In this document: positions 1-14,000 of the stretch, piece after piece
Layout of the letters: each line of letters opens with the position of its first letter
How positions within the stretch are numbered: position 1 is the first letter of the stretch
DNA from: Perna viridis
Taxonomy: Eukaryota
Direction: 5' to 3'
Assembly: GCA_037379345.1 (NCBI GenBank)
Contig: CM074520.1
Coordinates: forward strand, 10,044,001 to 10,108,000
DNA: 64,000 bases
Made by a program: the position numbers and the translations under genes
The notes under the pieces: generated by a model
What the model saw: the letters and a program-made list of their open reading frames with translations, nothing else
The model's database searches: none
Told to the model about the DNA's origin: nothing

Positions 1-647
1 TTTTAACATTGTCATTAATTCAACTATTTTGTGTGTTCAGGTCATTATTTTCTAAACTCTGTCTTATCTGACTTAAATTTCTAGGCTTGTAGGTGTGTGA
101 GATTGTACAGTCTTGTTCAAGTGTAATTCATTTTTGATCAAGTTTAACAATTGCTATTCCAATTTAACAAAGTAAAGAGATTTTTATATTCAGTATTTGT
201 AAGATGCAAATGTTGTAAACAGGTAAAAACAACAGTACCTGGTTATAATTACCTTTCTCCTATTAGCATACTGAACACTAGGATAGATAGCTGGGTTTAT
301 AGTTTCGCTTCATACTTTGAAGGTAAATTAACTTCTACTACTTCATTCTTTTCATTTTATATTGAGTTGCACATAATTATTGTTGTATCAGTTATCCTGA
401 TAAAGTAACCACAAAGGGATAATTTTGTACCATTCTAATTTTTTTACCATTGTTTCATGGGACATATCTTTTATTGGTTTTAGCATGAAACACTGAAAAT
501 AGAGTTATTTATTCCTAATTTTTCCTTCTTAATCATTTGATTTTGCATAAATACATCTGTCAAGCTGTGCTGGAATTGTTTTCTTAATCATTACATGGGA
601 AAATTAATCACTGTATTATATGAGCATTGTCACTATGAAGGGACATT

Positions 648-818
648 ACAGTGTAACCTCTCTAATGAAAACCTTAACAATGCCAAAACCTGTCTGAACC
701 AGACACTTTTAAAGTTTCCTTATATCAATTGATATATTTTGAACCTGGGTAAACTGAACACTTATCTACACAGAACCATGAACTCCGAAAAGGGTTTGTT
801 TTAGGCAGGTTTCACTGT
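648..818. mobile_element. MITE-like element (TA-CAGTG..CACTG ends, Tc1/pogo-like)
   Basis: tacagtgtaacctc ... gcaggtttcactgt imperfect terminal inverted repeats. Confidence 0.5.
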
Positions 819-1955
819 TAATTTAAAAGACAAACTCTTGTTCCATTGGATGGAAACTCAAAGGGTTAAAAAGGGAATTAATTCTGCATTTGAAATATCA
901 ATTTATCTAAAGAATTGTAGGTAGTTCAAATTGACTTTAATGGGATTTTTACTATATAATTGTTTTATTAAATATGTTGTGAACTGAAATTCTTGTAACC
1001 TTGGCATCATAAAATACAGTGTTATTTTGTTGCCAATTTTTCACAAGACATTCTTTCTCTGATTATAGCTTTTCTGTCATAAAAATATCTGCCTTAATTC
1101 AATCAAACAGTTTGATTCCATTGATATAAATGAAATCAGTATGTTTTATTTGTTTACATTCTGTTCCTTCATCCAACATGGTGTACCTGTAGATATTATA
1201 AACAGATTCTAATGTCAATTTATGTTTGGTGAAAAAAATTAGGAAAGAGAATCCTGGATGTCTCAATATTAGCACAGACTGAAAGTACATTAACTCTGTC
1301 CTGTTAGAATGCTTTTGAACATTTGTTAAATTAAATCTTTAGGATATAATTGTCACTTATTGTCAAATTTGTTTTTGACCAAACGCCATAAAAATGATTA
1401 TAATATGATTTAAGGTTTTGCCTGTGAAGGCCAGACTTTATGTTCACTGTACATGTGTGTTATAAGTTCATACAGTCGCTTCCTAACTGCAAAGTTATTT
1501 TCAGGTTTTAGAGCATCTACATTATAGAATGTCGCTAATACGCCATCCCTAATACTTGTAATATGGAAAACATTTATTCAGCCAGCTTGACTTAAAACCT
1601 CAGAAATATATTTCATTGATCAGTATAGCAGTATCGGGGCAGGAATGTAATATTGTAGGTCCTTGAAGGTACATTGAACCAATCTAATAATATTGAAAAA
1701 CATTGAATAGTCTTCACTTTTGCATGTCCATGCATTTCTGTGCTGTATTTGGTAAGTTACTTTTTATTTAATTGTGTGAAATTGTTTTACATTTGGATAT
1801 TCTGCAAAGAACCAACTCATTTTGTGCCTTCAGCCCAAGTCAAGAAAAAATGCAGCAAGCAGTCAATCATATAACAGGAATAGTTACTCTTGTCGTATCC
1901 TCATAGCAAGTCTTTTTTTTTGAGAATCGGCAATCTAGTTCAGTTTTTTTTTCAG

Positions 1956-2073
1956 GAGGTATTTGGATGGGATGGATTGAGTCAGCTTTGGAATGAACTG
2001 GTCAGGGATGGAGAGGTCGTTATCATCAGTAATGATGGACTCATGAACAGCAGTGGAGTTATGGCTCGTAAAG
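1956..2073 (+). CDS. HERC2: HERC2 exon 1 of window ([20 protein letters not shown])
   Basis: ttttcag|GAG ... AAAG|gtgag; resembles the HERC2 N-terminal DGLxxLWNE motif. Confidence 0.85.
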
Positions 2074-5000
2074 GTGAGTAATTAATTTATAAACTGCAGT
2101 GGAGTTCTGGAATAAGGTGAGCGATGAATTTATGAATATTTAAAATTGGAGCTGTTGAATTCTGACTGAAATTCAGTTATGAATTATGTTCATGAACATC
2201 GTGTTGTGTTGTGGAGGTGAGTAATGAACTCAAATGAACCTAAAAGTGAGTCAGCATCATAGATTTTTCAAAACAAAGGCAAGGGAAAGTTTGATGTTAC
2301 TATAATGTATTCTAAAATGGCAGCGCTCTCTAGGATAAGAGAAAACAAAATATATCTGTTTTCATGAAAGAAACTGGTACTTATACTCATTGCAGATGTG
2401 AGTGAAATTCTTGGTCTTTCCGCTATGCTCCACTCATGAAATAGACTTTAATATCTCAAACTCATGAAAGATAACCCTGTATTTAATCTTCACTCAATTG
2501 ACTTTTGTCCATTCATTCGTCTCTCTCATTTTGTTAAATCTCTGTCCACACTCTGAAAATCTACTTTCATCAAACTTTAGACCTACTTTGTCTTTCTACT
2601 TATTGTTTTCAAAGCTATATAATAGCTTTGGGTACTGTTACTATGAAAGTTGTAGTGGAAATCAATTCTGACAAAGATATTGTGTATTACATCACTGTTC
2701 ATAAAAAAACCTTCCTGGTATGCATTTTGGTAATGGATATGTGTTTACATCTGATAGAACTTACATAATCTCATTCTTCTTAATGAATGGATAAAAATTG
2801 AACTGTGAGCTGAAATTTAAGAAAAAGATTAAGTCATTAAAATGAATGAAGAATCTGATTTTTTTATTGACTCATACAGAAATGTCTGTCTGTCTGTAGA
2901 TAAGTTTTAAACATGATTCTCCTTGACTTGAAATTATTTCTTCTTTTGTTGTAAGTGTTCCAGGATGTTTTCGAATCACAGCTGTATTTAAGCACTATGT
3001 TATTAACTTGTTTCTAAATGTATTGTGACCAAATTTCCTCGTGCAGTCCCCCCCCCCTCCCCCAAAGCCCTCCCAACCTGAATAAATGAAATATGTTGCT
3101 TATTGATAGTTTTAAGGACGTTAGTAGATCTGATCACCATCACATGGAAGAATTGCAATAGAATCAGACAATAACAGCCTACTTCCTTACTAAATGTTAT
3201 ATTGTAGTGAGAGGCAAGTCAATCTGATAACACTTACATAACAATGAGATACATTACTATGAAGTGAAAGTGACATAGGCAATATACTGCTGACGATTGT
3301 TACTATAAATCTGATATATACAATTTGGTAGTATGCGCCAAGGTTTCCTTGGCATCTGTGATTAGTTTTGACACACAAATGGTGACTATTTTTAGGCATA
3401 CTCTGAAAGCTATCTTAGTTTGGCCTTGATTTGGCTTGGGCTTGTATCTTTCTTATGGCAGTGTAATAATGCCCAAATCTTATTTTATTTTTGTTCTTTG
3501 TTGACATTGTCTATTTGAAGAAACATCACAGCTCAAAGGTTGATGTTGTTGATGTGATCGAGTTGGTCTGCCTTACATTACAGCTCATACAATGATGGTG
3601 TTTATGTGACAGAGTTGGTCTTCCTTACATTACAGCTAATACAATGATGATGTTGATGTGATTGAATTGGTCTTCATTACATTAGAATTCATACAATGAT
3701 GGTGTTAATGTGATAGAGTTGGTCTGCCTTACATTACAGCTGATACAATGATGGTGTATATGTGACAGAGTTGGTCTTCCTTACATTACAGCTCATACAA
3801 TGATGATGTTGATGTGATAGAGTTGGTCTTTCTTACATTACAGCTAATACAATGATGATGTAGATGTGATGGAGTTGGTCTTCCTTACATTACAGCTCAT
3901 ACAATGATGTTGATGTGATCGAATTGGCCTTTCTTACATTATAGTTCATTCAATGATGGTGTTTATATGATCGAGTTAGATATTTGAGAAGTTCTTTTGA
4001 ATCTTGATTCCCTTGATTTCTTTTAATAAAATGCCAATCCCCTGATGAAATGAAATATCTTAGGTAGCTAGTTAATTGACAATTGAGATTGAGATTTTTA
4101 CCTTTTATTTTACACAGATTTAAATTCCCATGGAATGATATAAAGTTCAAACCTCTATCTCATTTGTCCTGTTAGCTACCTAAGGCATATGATCAGGCAA
4201 GGGTCGTTCGATCAAAATAAGTTCAACTTTCCCCTGAAATTAAATATTTTACTTTCTGTAAGAAAACTGTGGAGTGAAGTCTTCTCTCTTCATATTCCTC
4301 TGACAAGACTTGCTTCTTGAATGGCAAGTAATTAATTTTTCTAAGTAGGAAACTGAAGAAGATGAAAGGTGAAGGCTGTATTTGAAGGTTTTCATATCCT
4401 AAGCCTTTTAAAAGCATTTCATGCTAAACATGTTTTAAGTTGAATCTATCATATTCTATGCTGCTAGGTTTTTGTATTTACTTGCTCATGAATTTGTTTT
4501 CGTAGTATCAGATAGCTGTCTTTATTGAAAGTGAAGTGATTCACAGTAGTCAGATCTATTGACATATTAGATTTATTTATAGCCATCTTTAAAAAAAAAA
4601 ACTCTATGATGAGGTAATCAGCTGGTGTATAGAATGGATGTCTGATAGAATACTTTCTGGTGTTAATGGGACTCTCAAAGAAAATTGATTGCCTATTTGG
4701 ACCTTACACTTTTTAAGAATCCCTAGAGTTGTCATATAGACCCTTCTTTGGTTGGATCCATAAAAAAGTTTTTCTCTACTGGAGGTCATGAAATTTTAAT
4801 TTTATACAGGCTTTAGTGAGCATATTAAAATAGTAATTTTATTATCGAAAGCTGTGAAATTACTTAATTCCATGCGTCACTGAAAGATATTAAGGTTCTT
4901 CTTTAAAAAAAACAAGGAAAAGTGTATGAAATTCTGAAGTTATGGAATGGCCGGAAACTGCTTGCAAAAATGTAATCTTCGCTAGGTGGTTAAAAAGTCA

Positions 5001-8000
5001 TTTGCATATTTTATCACTTAATGAGAAAAGAGAAACAATTCTATACCAGATTTAATTTGCATCATTTCTTTCTTTCCCAAGATCTTCATCAAAGGTCTGT
5101 GCTTTCAAGATAACTCTATGACCATTTTTTTTTTGCTGTACAGCTAGGATAACCTTATGATTTGTTCTTTCAAATTTCTTCACAATAGTGCCATTAATTA
5201 TGTCAGGTAAGCATCAAAAGCCTTACCTACAAACCTTACCTGACAGGTCGTTTACTGATATCATCATGCACTACTTACACCATATTACAGTAATCGTTTA
5301 CTGAGGCAGGGATGTATAGCATTATGCTTATTCAGGTAAATTAATAAGCTTTTATATCTATTTAATTAAAGGAGGGTGATTTGATTATGAATTTTAAATG
5401 TTGCATGCTTACAACATGGCAGGATGTTTTGGAATGTGTTGAAATTATATTATTTAAGTTTTGAATCTGATGTTGTTATAATGTTATGATAGGAGACTTT
5501 TTCATTGCCTTGCTATGTAGTTGTAGGGGACATATAGTTGGTCCATTGTTTCAACTATCAGCATAAACTTAAAAGCTGTGGATTTGAACTTTATGAACAT
5601 TTACAATTGTAGTTGAAAATATTTATTAATTAATTGTTAAATAGAACTAAAGAGGCTTCTTCTAATTATTATGCCCCTCACTTACAAAGTGGGGGTATAT
5701 AATGATACGGGAGTCTATCCTTCTGCCTGTACTTTTTGTCCATACTTCCATCCATACTTCTTATCATACTTCTAATCATACTTCTAATCATCCATACTTC
5801 TAATCATACTTCTGTCCAGACTTCAGTTACACATAGTTGTAACCTTCTCTTATCCATTACTCCTTGTACATCATCACTAAATGGAATTTAATGAAACTTT
5901 CATTGAATATTTTTAAATATTGAACTGAATGTTTTTGAAGGTCTCACATAGCAAAGCATGGACTTAAACAAATGAGGATAATAATTTAGTGGGCATTGTT
6001 AATATTTTTTTCCTAGTTATGTGCCCCACACTGCCACAGTCAAGGTTGACATATTTAAGAATTAATGTTTGAAGCCTGTCTGATTGTTTATTTACCATGC
6101 CATAGATGAAACCTAAACCAAAACTGTAATTGTGGAACTTTTTAGTGGAACATTGTACTCATGGCTTTCTGTGCTTCACCTTTTGCTACCAGTTACTTGT
6201 TAATTTTGGTAGTGTACTAACTTTTGATATTATACTGGTGGACTGACAAGGGTGAAAAAAAGAAAATGTAAAATTAAATTTTAACATTTTAAGACACAAA
6301 AATTGATACCTGTGTATATCTTCACTGACAGAATCTGCAAAATTTTAATGTTTACAGTAAACATGATAACTCTTGTATCATAGGAAATATTTACTAAGGT
6401 CTAATGTAATTCATTTTCAGATGATTTTAATAACATTTAACCACTTTCCGAATGGTTTTTGCACTAGTTGTTAACCATTGATCACACACAAGTATATAAA
6501 CTGTTATACCACCTGGTTACTAGAACTGTTTGATTGGTGAATTATGAGATTAACTTCATCATTATGAAGAATTTACTATAAATCTAATTTCATGTCATCT
6601 TTTGCCAAAATATGAAGAATAAGCTTAGCTTCTGTTTCCTAACATTGAAAGAAGCTGACAGGAAGATAAGATTTAGTTGTGAATTGTTTTTATAGTGTTA
6701 GTTCCAAGTTCTGTATCAGGCAGGAAGATTTAAGTAGCTCTCAGCTGTCCACCCAAAAATCCTGCATTGGGTGATTTATGGGTCAAAAGGTCACATATTT
6801 TGATTTTAATTTTTGATATGTTGTTTAGTATTGAAGTCGAACAATTTTTTCATAATAATCTTCTATTATAGTTCATGGGATGCACTAACATTTTATGTGA
6901 AGGGAGATAACTTTGATTTTGCCAACACTATCTATTGTAAATTTCACCTCAGAAATCTGTTATAAAAAGGTGTCATATATATGTAAAATCATATATAATG
7001 TCCATTTCATAAACATAATTCCTCAAGCTAACATTTATCATTAATTTGACCATCTTTTTTGAATGAATCACCCATTTCTATTTTTTGTGCATAATTCTTA
7101 AAGTACACTAATCAGTCTTTAAATTTTTACCTACAACAAAAGTCATAGTCTTTCTAATGATATATTTGATTTTGGAAGAAAATAATAATTTGAGACCTCT
7201 TAAGCAACTTCATGTATAGCAGTCATGAAAAAACGTATATAAATATCCTGTATACATAAGTTAATTAAAAACTGGGTTAGCTAATCCAGATACATTCTTC
7301 CCCTTCACAACTCTTCTTTTAGCTGTCCAATTTTAGGATTTCCTCTTTGTCAAAATAAAAAAATGTCACTACTGGCTATAAAAAGGCATTTTAAGCTAGT
7401 TACGCTTATAATATGCGTATTTATGATCATTGATACATTTCCCACTTGAATATTCTAACTAGCACCTGCTGTAACTCATCCAGATTTGACCCCCTTTAAC
7501 TCTACCTCCACCTCAGGGGTAATTCTAACAAAGGTTCCTATCGTTTTAAGCATTTACAGGACTAAAGTTCAATCCTGATCTAATGTATTTGAGTCAAACA
7601 AAGGACAGATTAAATAACTTAGTGAAAATGTTATGTTGTCTATGAAACTCACAATTACATTGTGTATACTAGAAACCTGCTGTTGTTTGATGGAATCAGA
7701 TTATCAAGAAACTTTCTAAATGAACCAGATATCATGATATTTATTGATTGAAATTAAATGATTCTGATAGGTGTTCAGTGTCAACACATTTTCTTGTATT
7801 TGTGTTGTTCTGTACATTCTCTTCAAAGCAAAACCAACATTTATGTCATTTAGATGTCACTGTCCATTGTATTTTTAAGTGTCAGTCTCTGTAAGAATCA
7901 GGCAGTGGTTGAAACATGGTATAAAAAAAACCCCATCATTTTCATAGTGTAATTTGACTATTTACACCATCAAAATCATGGAAAAAGACAATATTTTCCA

Positions 8001-11000
8001 TATCATGTTGGTACATTGCATTATAATTTCGTTATAATGCACTGAAAATGAACATTTCAAGAGCAGATAACTCTTACACTTATCTTCACAGTATGCAGGT
8101 TTGGACACTTCAAGACATTAATATTCTTTTATTTACCTTAACTATCACATTATCTTTCTGTGTCATAGTGATTGTTTGATAGGGCCCTTCTCTCATGTGA
8201 AAAGCTGAAAGGTTTAAGTTATATCAGTGATCTTTCTTTACTGATGTAAGACGTAAGACAAATGGATTCATTAATTGAGTATCAAATCTCCTTTCATTAC
8301 TCCTTATCAACTTCAGATACTGATAACATACAAAAGATCAGTGTTTGGCATCAGTTCATTGATCAAAATAAATTTTATTGCTTCTGTTACATGGGTACAC
8401 AGAGACCAGTTTCAGTATATATTTGAAGTTAGGATCCAGGAATTGAAATTTTGGCAAGTACCAGTAATCTGAAAGATTAAAGACATATTTCCATCTGCTT
8501 TATTAAGGCATCTTGGTGGTAATTTTGGTTATTTTTGAAATTTTTAATAACTACAAGATCATAAATGTGTTATGTAAATATTCTTCCAGTTTTAATCCAA
8601 ATATTGTTTTCAGATAAATTCACAATGCACCTGTTGTATTCTGTCAGTAATTACAAAATCATTCTGTAGGTTGATCACCTAAAATGTCTTCATCATTGTC
8701 TCCTGAAGGTTGCTGTATACTTACCCGGCCCTGAACCACTGTCCTAAGGTGAACCCTTCCCTGTACCAATTTCCCAAGGTGAGCCTTGTCCTGTACCACT
8801 GCCCCAAGGTGAACCCTGCCCTGTTCCACTGTCCCCAGGTGAACCCACCCTGTACCACTGTCCCAAGGTGAACCTTGGCCTGTACCACTGCCTGAAGATG
8901 AACCCTGTCCGTTACCACTGCCCCAAGAAGAACCCTGCCTTGTACCTCTGTCCCAAGGTGAACCTTACCCTGTACCATTATCCCAAGGTGAATCCTGTCC
9001 GGTATGACTGCCCCAAGGTGAACCCTGTCCTGTACCATTGTTTTAAGGTGAACCCTTTTAACACTTTTTAATTTTGGTGCTTCTATTCTACTGAAGGGGT
9101 TCTTACATTTGAAGGAACATGTGCATATCTTCATGGTTTGGGCAAAATTTTGCTTTTCAACAAAAATTTCAACAATTGGTTTGACTTAGGACCACTTATT
9201 CTGGCACCCAAGTAATTTTACAGTATAGAACTAGGTAAATGAATAAGATAATGAATCTCAGGTCACATGCACTGTTGATCTTTGTAATTAAATGATAATA
9301 CCAGTCATAACAATGACTGCTTAGGCAATCAGGTGCTATGATAGAAACAGCATGAAAGTCGTCAGAGTATTGAATGGAATAGTATAAATTACTTATTTCT
9401 GGAAGTATTCCCTAATTACAGTTTAATAGAATTTACAAAAATAAACACTGATGTTTTTTCCATAGATACTGAACAGAAAAGTAGAAAAACTATATGACTT
9501 AATGTTGAATTTGTACTTTTGGTAAAGTTTTATCAGGTTTTCAGAGATAGTGGTAGATTTCAGTGGTACTTCAGTGTAAAAACACTTACCTACAAATTTA
9601 TGCTTTTTTTTTTCTGTGCATGTTGAAAATTTATTATTGCTTCTGTAACTTAAGAAAAAGTGCAAAATTATAATTACTTTTTCAACTTTATCAATTTAAA
9701 AATATTTACTTGAATGCTCTTTCAAATACTTGTAAGCACCACTCCTCTGAAACTGTTTAATGAATTTTAATGAACCTTTGTATGAATGCTGGGTATCAAA
9801 TGTAGATATGCATTTAGCAAGGTGATTCTTGTCAGATTCTTGCAAATGAAATTTTTACATGTTTTAGTATTTCAAGGCTTCAAGGTTTATAAGTATAAAC
9901 TGTCCCAAACCAGGTTATTTCAATAAACTGTCCTAAACCAGGTTATTTTAATAAACTGTTCCAAACCAGGTTATTTCAATAGACTGTCCCAAACCTGGTT
10001 ATTTCAATAGACTGTCCCAAAGCAGGTTATTTCATTAAACTGTCCCTAACCAGGTTATTTCAATAAACTCTCCCAAACCAGGTTATTTCAATAGACTGTC
10101 CCTAACCAGGTTATTTCAATAGACTGTCCCAAACCATATTATTTCAATAGACTGTCCCAAACCCGGTTATTTCAATAGACTGTCCCAAAACCAGGTTATT
10201 TCATTAAACTGTCCCTAACCAGGTTATTTCAATAAACTGTCCCAAACCAGGTTATTTCAATAAACTGTCCCAAACCTGGTTAATTCAATAAACTGTCCCT
10301 AACCAGGTTATTTCAATAAACTGTCCCAAATCTGGTTATTTCAATAGACTGTCCCAAACCTGGTTATTTCAATAAACTGTCCCAAAGCAGGTTATTTCAT
10401 TAAACTGTTCCTAACCAGGTTATTTCAATAAACCCTCCCAAACCAGGTTATTTCAATAGACTGTCCCTAACCAGGTTATTTCAATAGACTGTCCCAAACC
10501 ATATTATTTCAATAGACTGTCCCAAACCCGGTTATTTCAATAGACTGTCCCAAAACCAGGTTATTTCATTAAACTGTCCCTAACCAGGTTATTTCAATAA
10601 ACTGTCCCAAACCAGGTTAATTCAATAAACTGTCCCTAACCAGGTTATTTCATATAACGTTCTCTAAAGTTATAAACATTACTAAATTTTGCAGGTGAAA
10701 AAAAATACATGAATTGAACCACTGAAGTCCTACAGAAGACTGAAAAGAGAAAAAAAAACATTACCTGTAATGTCCTTCCTGTAAATGTAACATTGTTTTA
10801 TTTCTAGAACCATTTTGTCATGACCTTTAATTCCCTGCTTGACTCTTATTCATACCAATACTTTCTCTTATATTTCATGCTAATTGAAAAGTTGATTTTG
10901 AGTGTTTGAGGTGCATATGTCATTTTTTGTTTGATATAGAACAGCTTTGAAATGAAATATATTTATATCATAGTTCAAAGATCTAATAGCAGAAAGCAGT

Positions 11001-14000
11001 TAAGTGTAAAAGCTTGTATCAAATCAAATGCAGTTACATAATTGCAGCAGGTAAATGCTATTAGTTTGAAAATCTACTCTGAAGATATAGTAATTTGTGA
11101 CATACCTTTGTGGTTTTGAGGTTTGATATAAAATGCTTCTTTTTTTTCTTTTTTAATTCAAATACAATTATCATTTTACTTGTAATACAGACAGAATCTC
11201 AATGATACATTAGTGAAAAATTATTTGAAGCCCAGAGGGGAAAAGTCAGGAGTTTTAAATACCCTTGGTTTGACAGACATATGACAGGCATATTATGCTA
11301 TGTATACCCTGTCCAAGAAACTCCAAATATTTATGAAAGATATCAGAATAGAAGTGGAGGATATAATATGCATTGGCCTTGTACTCAATTTCTAATAATT
11401 AATTGCTGGCTTTAAAAAGAGCAATAATTTGATGGTATGCTGACCATGTTGTGCTTTGCAATTGAGAAAACATGACTTTGGCTATTAAGCTCAGCAATGT
11501 AATGATGATTGATTGGTCAAATGTGTTATTTATTTATTGTTAATGTCTGGGCCTGTGTTTTGAGGTCAGTGGAGAAGGCATGTCAGTTAATTAGTTGACA
11601 CAGTTATTGCCCTTTCCATCAGCTGACCTGCTGTGTCAGAGAAGAATGAATGTATGGAAATATTATTACATTAATGATGCCAAAGTACCTGGTAGCTCTA
11701 ATCTTGGTGCTTATGTGCTAAGTTACTCTTTTGATTGTAGTAGTCTACATTTCTGTCACCATCAGCTAAATTAGCTCCCTGAATGCTAGAGTTGATAAAT
11801 TACGGTATGATTATTTTATAGATAGTAGGGATTTACCGAATGTTCCCTGTGTAAAAACTTTTGATAATTCAAATTTGGTTATATCTATCTTGGACTTTCT
11901 TCTGCCAAAACGTCACTAACATCACAACACGAATATCAATCCACTGTTCACAAAAGTTATAATTGATGTTGAAAAAAAAAAAGAAAAGAGTAATGGAGGA
12001 AATTTATGTGATAAATAGGGTAATCAGTTTCTTATCATGAATAACCAAAATCTAAAATGGGATCATTTGTGCCAAGAAAGCATAAATGTAACTGGTTCCA
12101 CAACCTCGTTAAATCAGTTGTTCTTTGGCACACATGATCATATTTTGGTCATACACCCTTTCCAATTAATTATCCTATTAGTACAAAAAAGTATCTTTTA
12201 TGATAGATTGGGAATAGGGGAATGAATGATTTATGGTATTTTTTAGAACCGAACCTCAGTGAATTTTGATGAAATTTTAAATGAATGTTGAATATCATGG
12301 AGCAATATGATCCAATTGAATGCTTTCAAAGGGAGATAAGTTGTCTTAAGGATTTTACAGATTAATAATACTGTAACCTGGGAGTATAACTGAAAGAGGT
12401 CACTCACAGCTCTTATTCATCTTTTACATCAGTTCAGTTACATCATTTGGCAGCGCAACAGTATTTCTGACCAAGAAATATCACTAATGCTTTCATATTT
12501 ATTTATAGTTGATAAATTAACCCATCAGCTTGGATCAGTAATTGATTACTTTTTGTGCCTGTGAAATAGAAATATTTATTCTGTCTTTAAGTCACTGTAC
12601 TGTTGGTTACTTACTTAGTTGGGGTTATTGATAGCTAATGGTAAACACATTTTAGTTTTAAATTTATATGATTGTTAGCTTTGTCTATATAGGACAAAAA
12701 TAACACTTTGACTTTGTTGATTATACTCTGGCTATGTTGTTGAATCAGTGATGTCTTGTCCTGTTGGATCCTTTACCATAAGATGTGTGTCTGTGTTAAA
12801 AATTAAAACATCACTTTCTCACTGCATATGTCATTTCTTTCACCCTCGACAGAATGATTTTGAGTCATTCATATTTTAGAGCATCAACATATATAGGACT
12901 TCACTGACGCTTTGTCTTTATTGTCTTTTCCTATCAAACAACTCTGTGTATTGTCTAAACTTCCCATGAGAGAATCAGTATTAAATGAGGCAGCTCAATA
13001 ATGAACGTATATCCAATAAATGAATATTGTCAGAAAATGTCAGTTTTATTGCATGAGCTAAAGAAACTGTCAGATGGCGATAGTTTTTTTTATTACTTAA
13101 AATGAAACCAGGAATGATATTTATCCAGCAATGGTTTATTAGACCCCCCTGTTTCTATATGATAAAAAGCCTAGTTGCAGGATTAGTGTTAATAGTTAAA
13201 CATCATTGATGTAGAGTTCAACTCATCGATTATTTTAGAAGGGCTTAGAGGCTTATAAAAGTTAAAGCAGTGTTCCTGCCATCCAGATAAGGAGACAAAG
13301 GAATCTTAACTGGATTAAAATATATCTATTTTATCTCTGTGGGTAACAGTTTAGGGGTAAAAATATAATTCTCATTCCTGCCATAATGAACCTGGATGCA
13401 CATTGAAAGTATATATATTTTTTTAACTCAATTATACTTTAATCTAAAAGCACTGTATGTAATTATTTATTTTGAGGTTATGATTCAGGAAAAAATAAAA
13501 ACAAACAAAACAGAACATTGTAATAAAGAACAGTAATTACAGTAAAGAATTATTGGTTACAGAGTAAGGATTGTAATAAAGAACAGTAATTAGAGTAAAG
13601 AATTATTGGTTACTAAGCTAGTACATCAACAGATCACACTCAATGTCAATACAACTTTTGTTTTAATGTTAAACCAAACCACAATGAAGTGATCATCTCT
13701 TTGTTTATTATAATTAACATGGATAAAAACAGGTGGTGTATTAGTCTATAGTATGCAGTTCTTTTAATAAACCTTTGATGTGAAGAGTTACAAGATTCCA
13801 TGGCTCAGGCATAAATTTTAAAGCTTTTCTAAACAGTCTGAATGAGTATAACCTTTGAGGGAGGGTCACTGTGCTGACAGAGCATCAGAAGTATGTCAAA
13901 ACAACCAATGTTTACATGTTAAAAGGAAGGCAAACCTCAAAGAAGCTCATGTCTTTGTTTTGATGAAGCAATGCTGGTTTACCACTTTATATAACTTTGT

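Noticed and set aside
1-1955. HERC2 start exon (expected ..LDSKWLK.. motif)
   Set aside because: I could not find the motif by eye in this interval; it is probably upstream of the window.
8721-9134. 137-aa and 67-aa ORFs over the 30-bp repeat as genes
   Set aside because: Explained by a stop-poor unit whose length is a multiple of 3; a frameshift occurs mid-array and I recognise no homology.
9895-10652. 28-bp repeat array as a CRISPR array
   Set aside because: Units are head-to-tail with no unique spacers, there are no cas genes, and the context is a eukaryotic intron.
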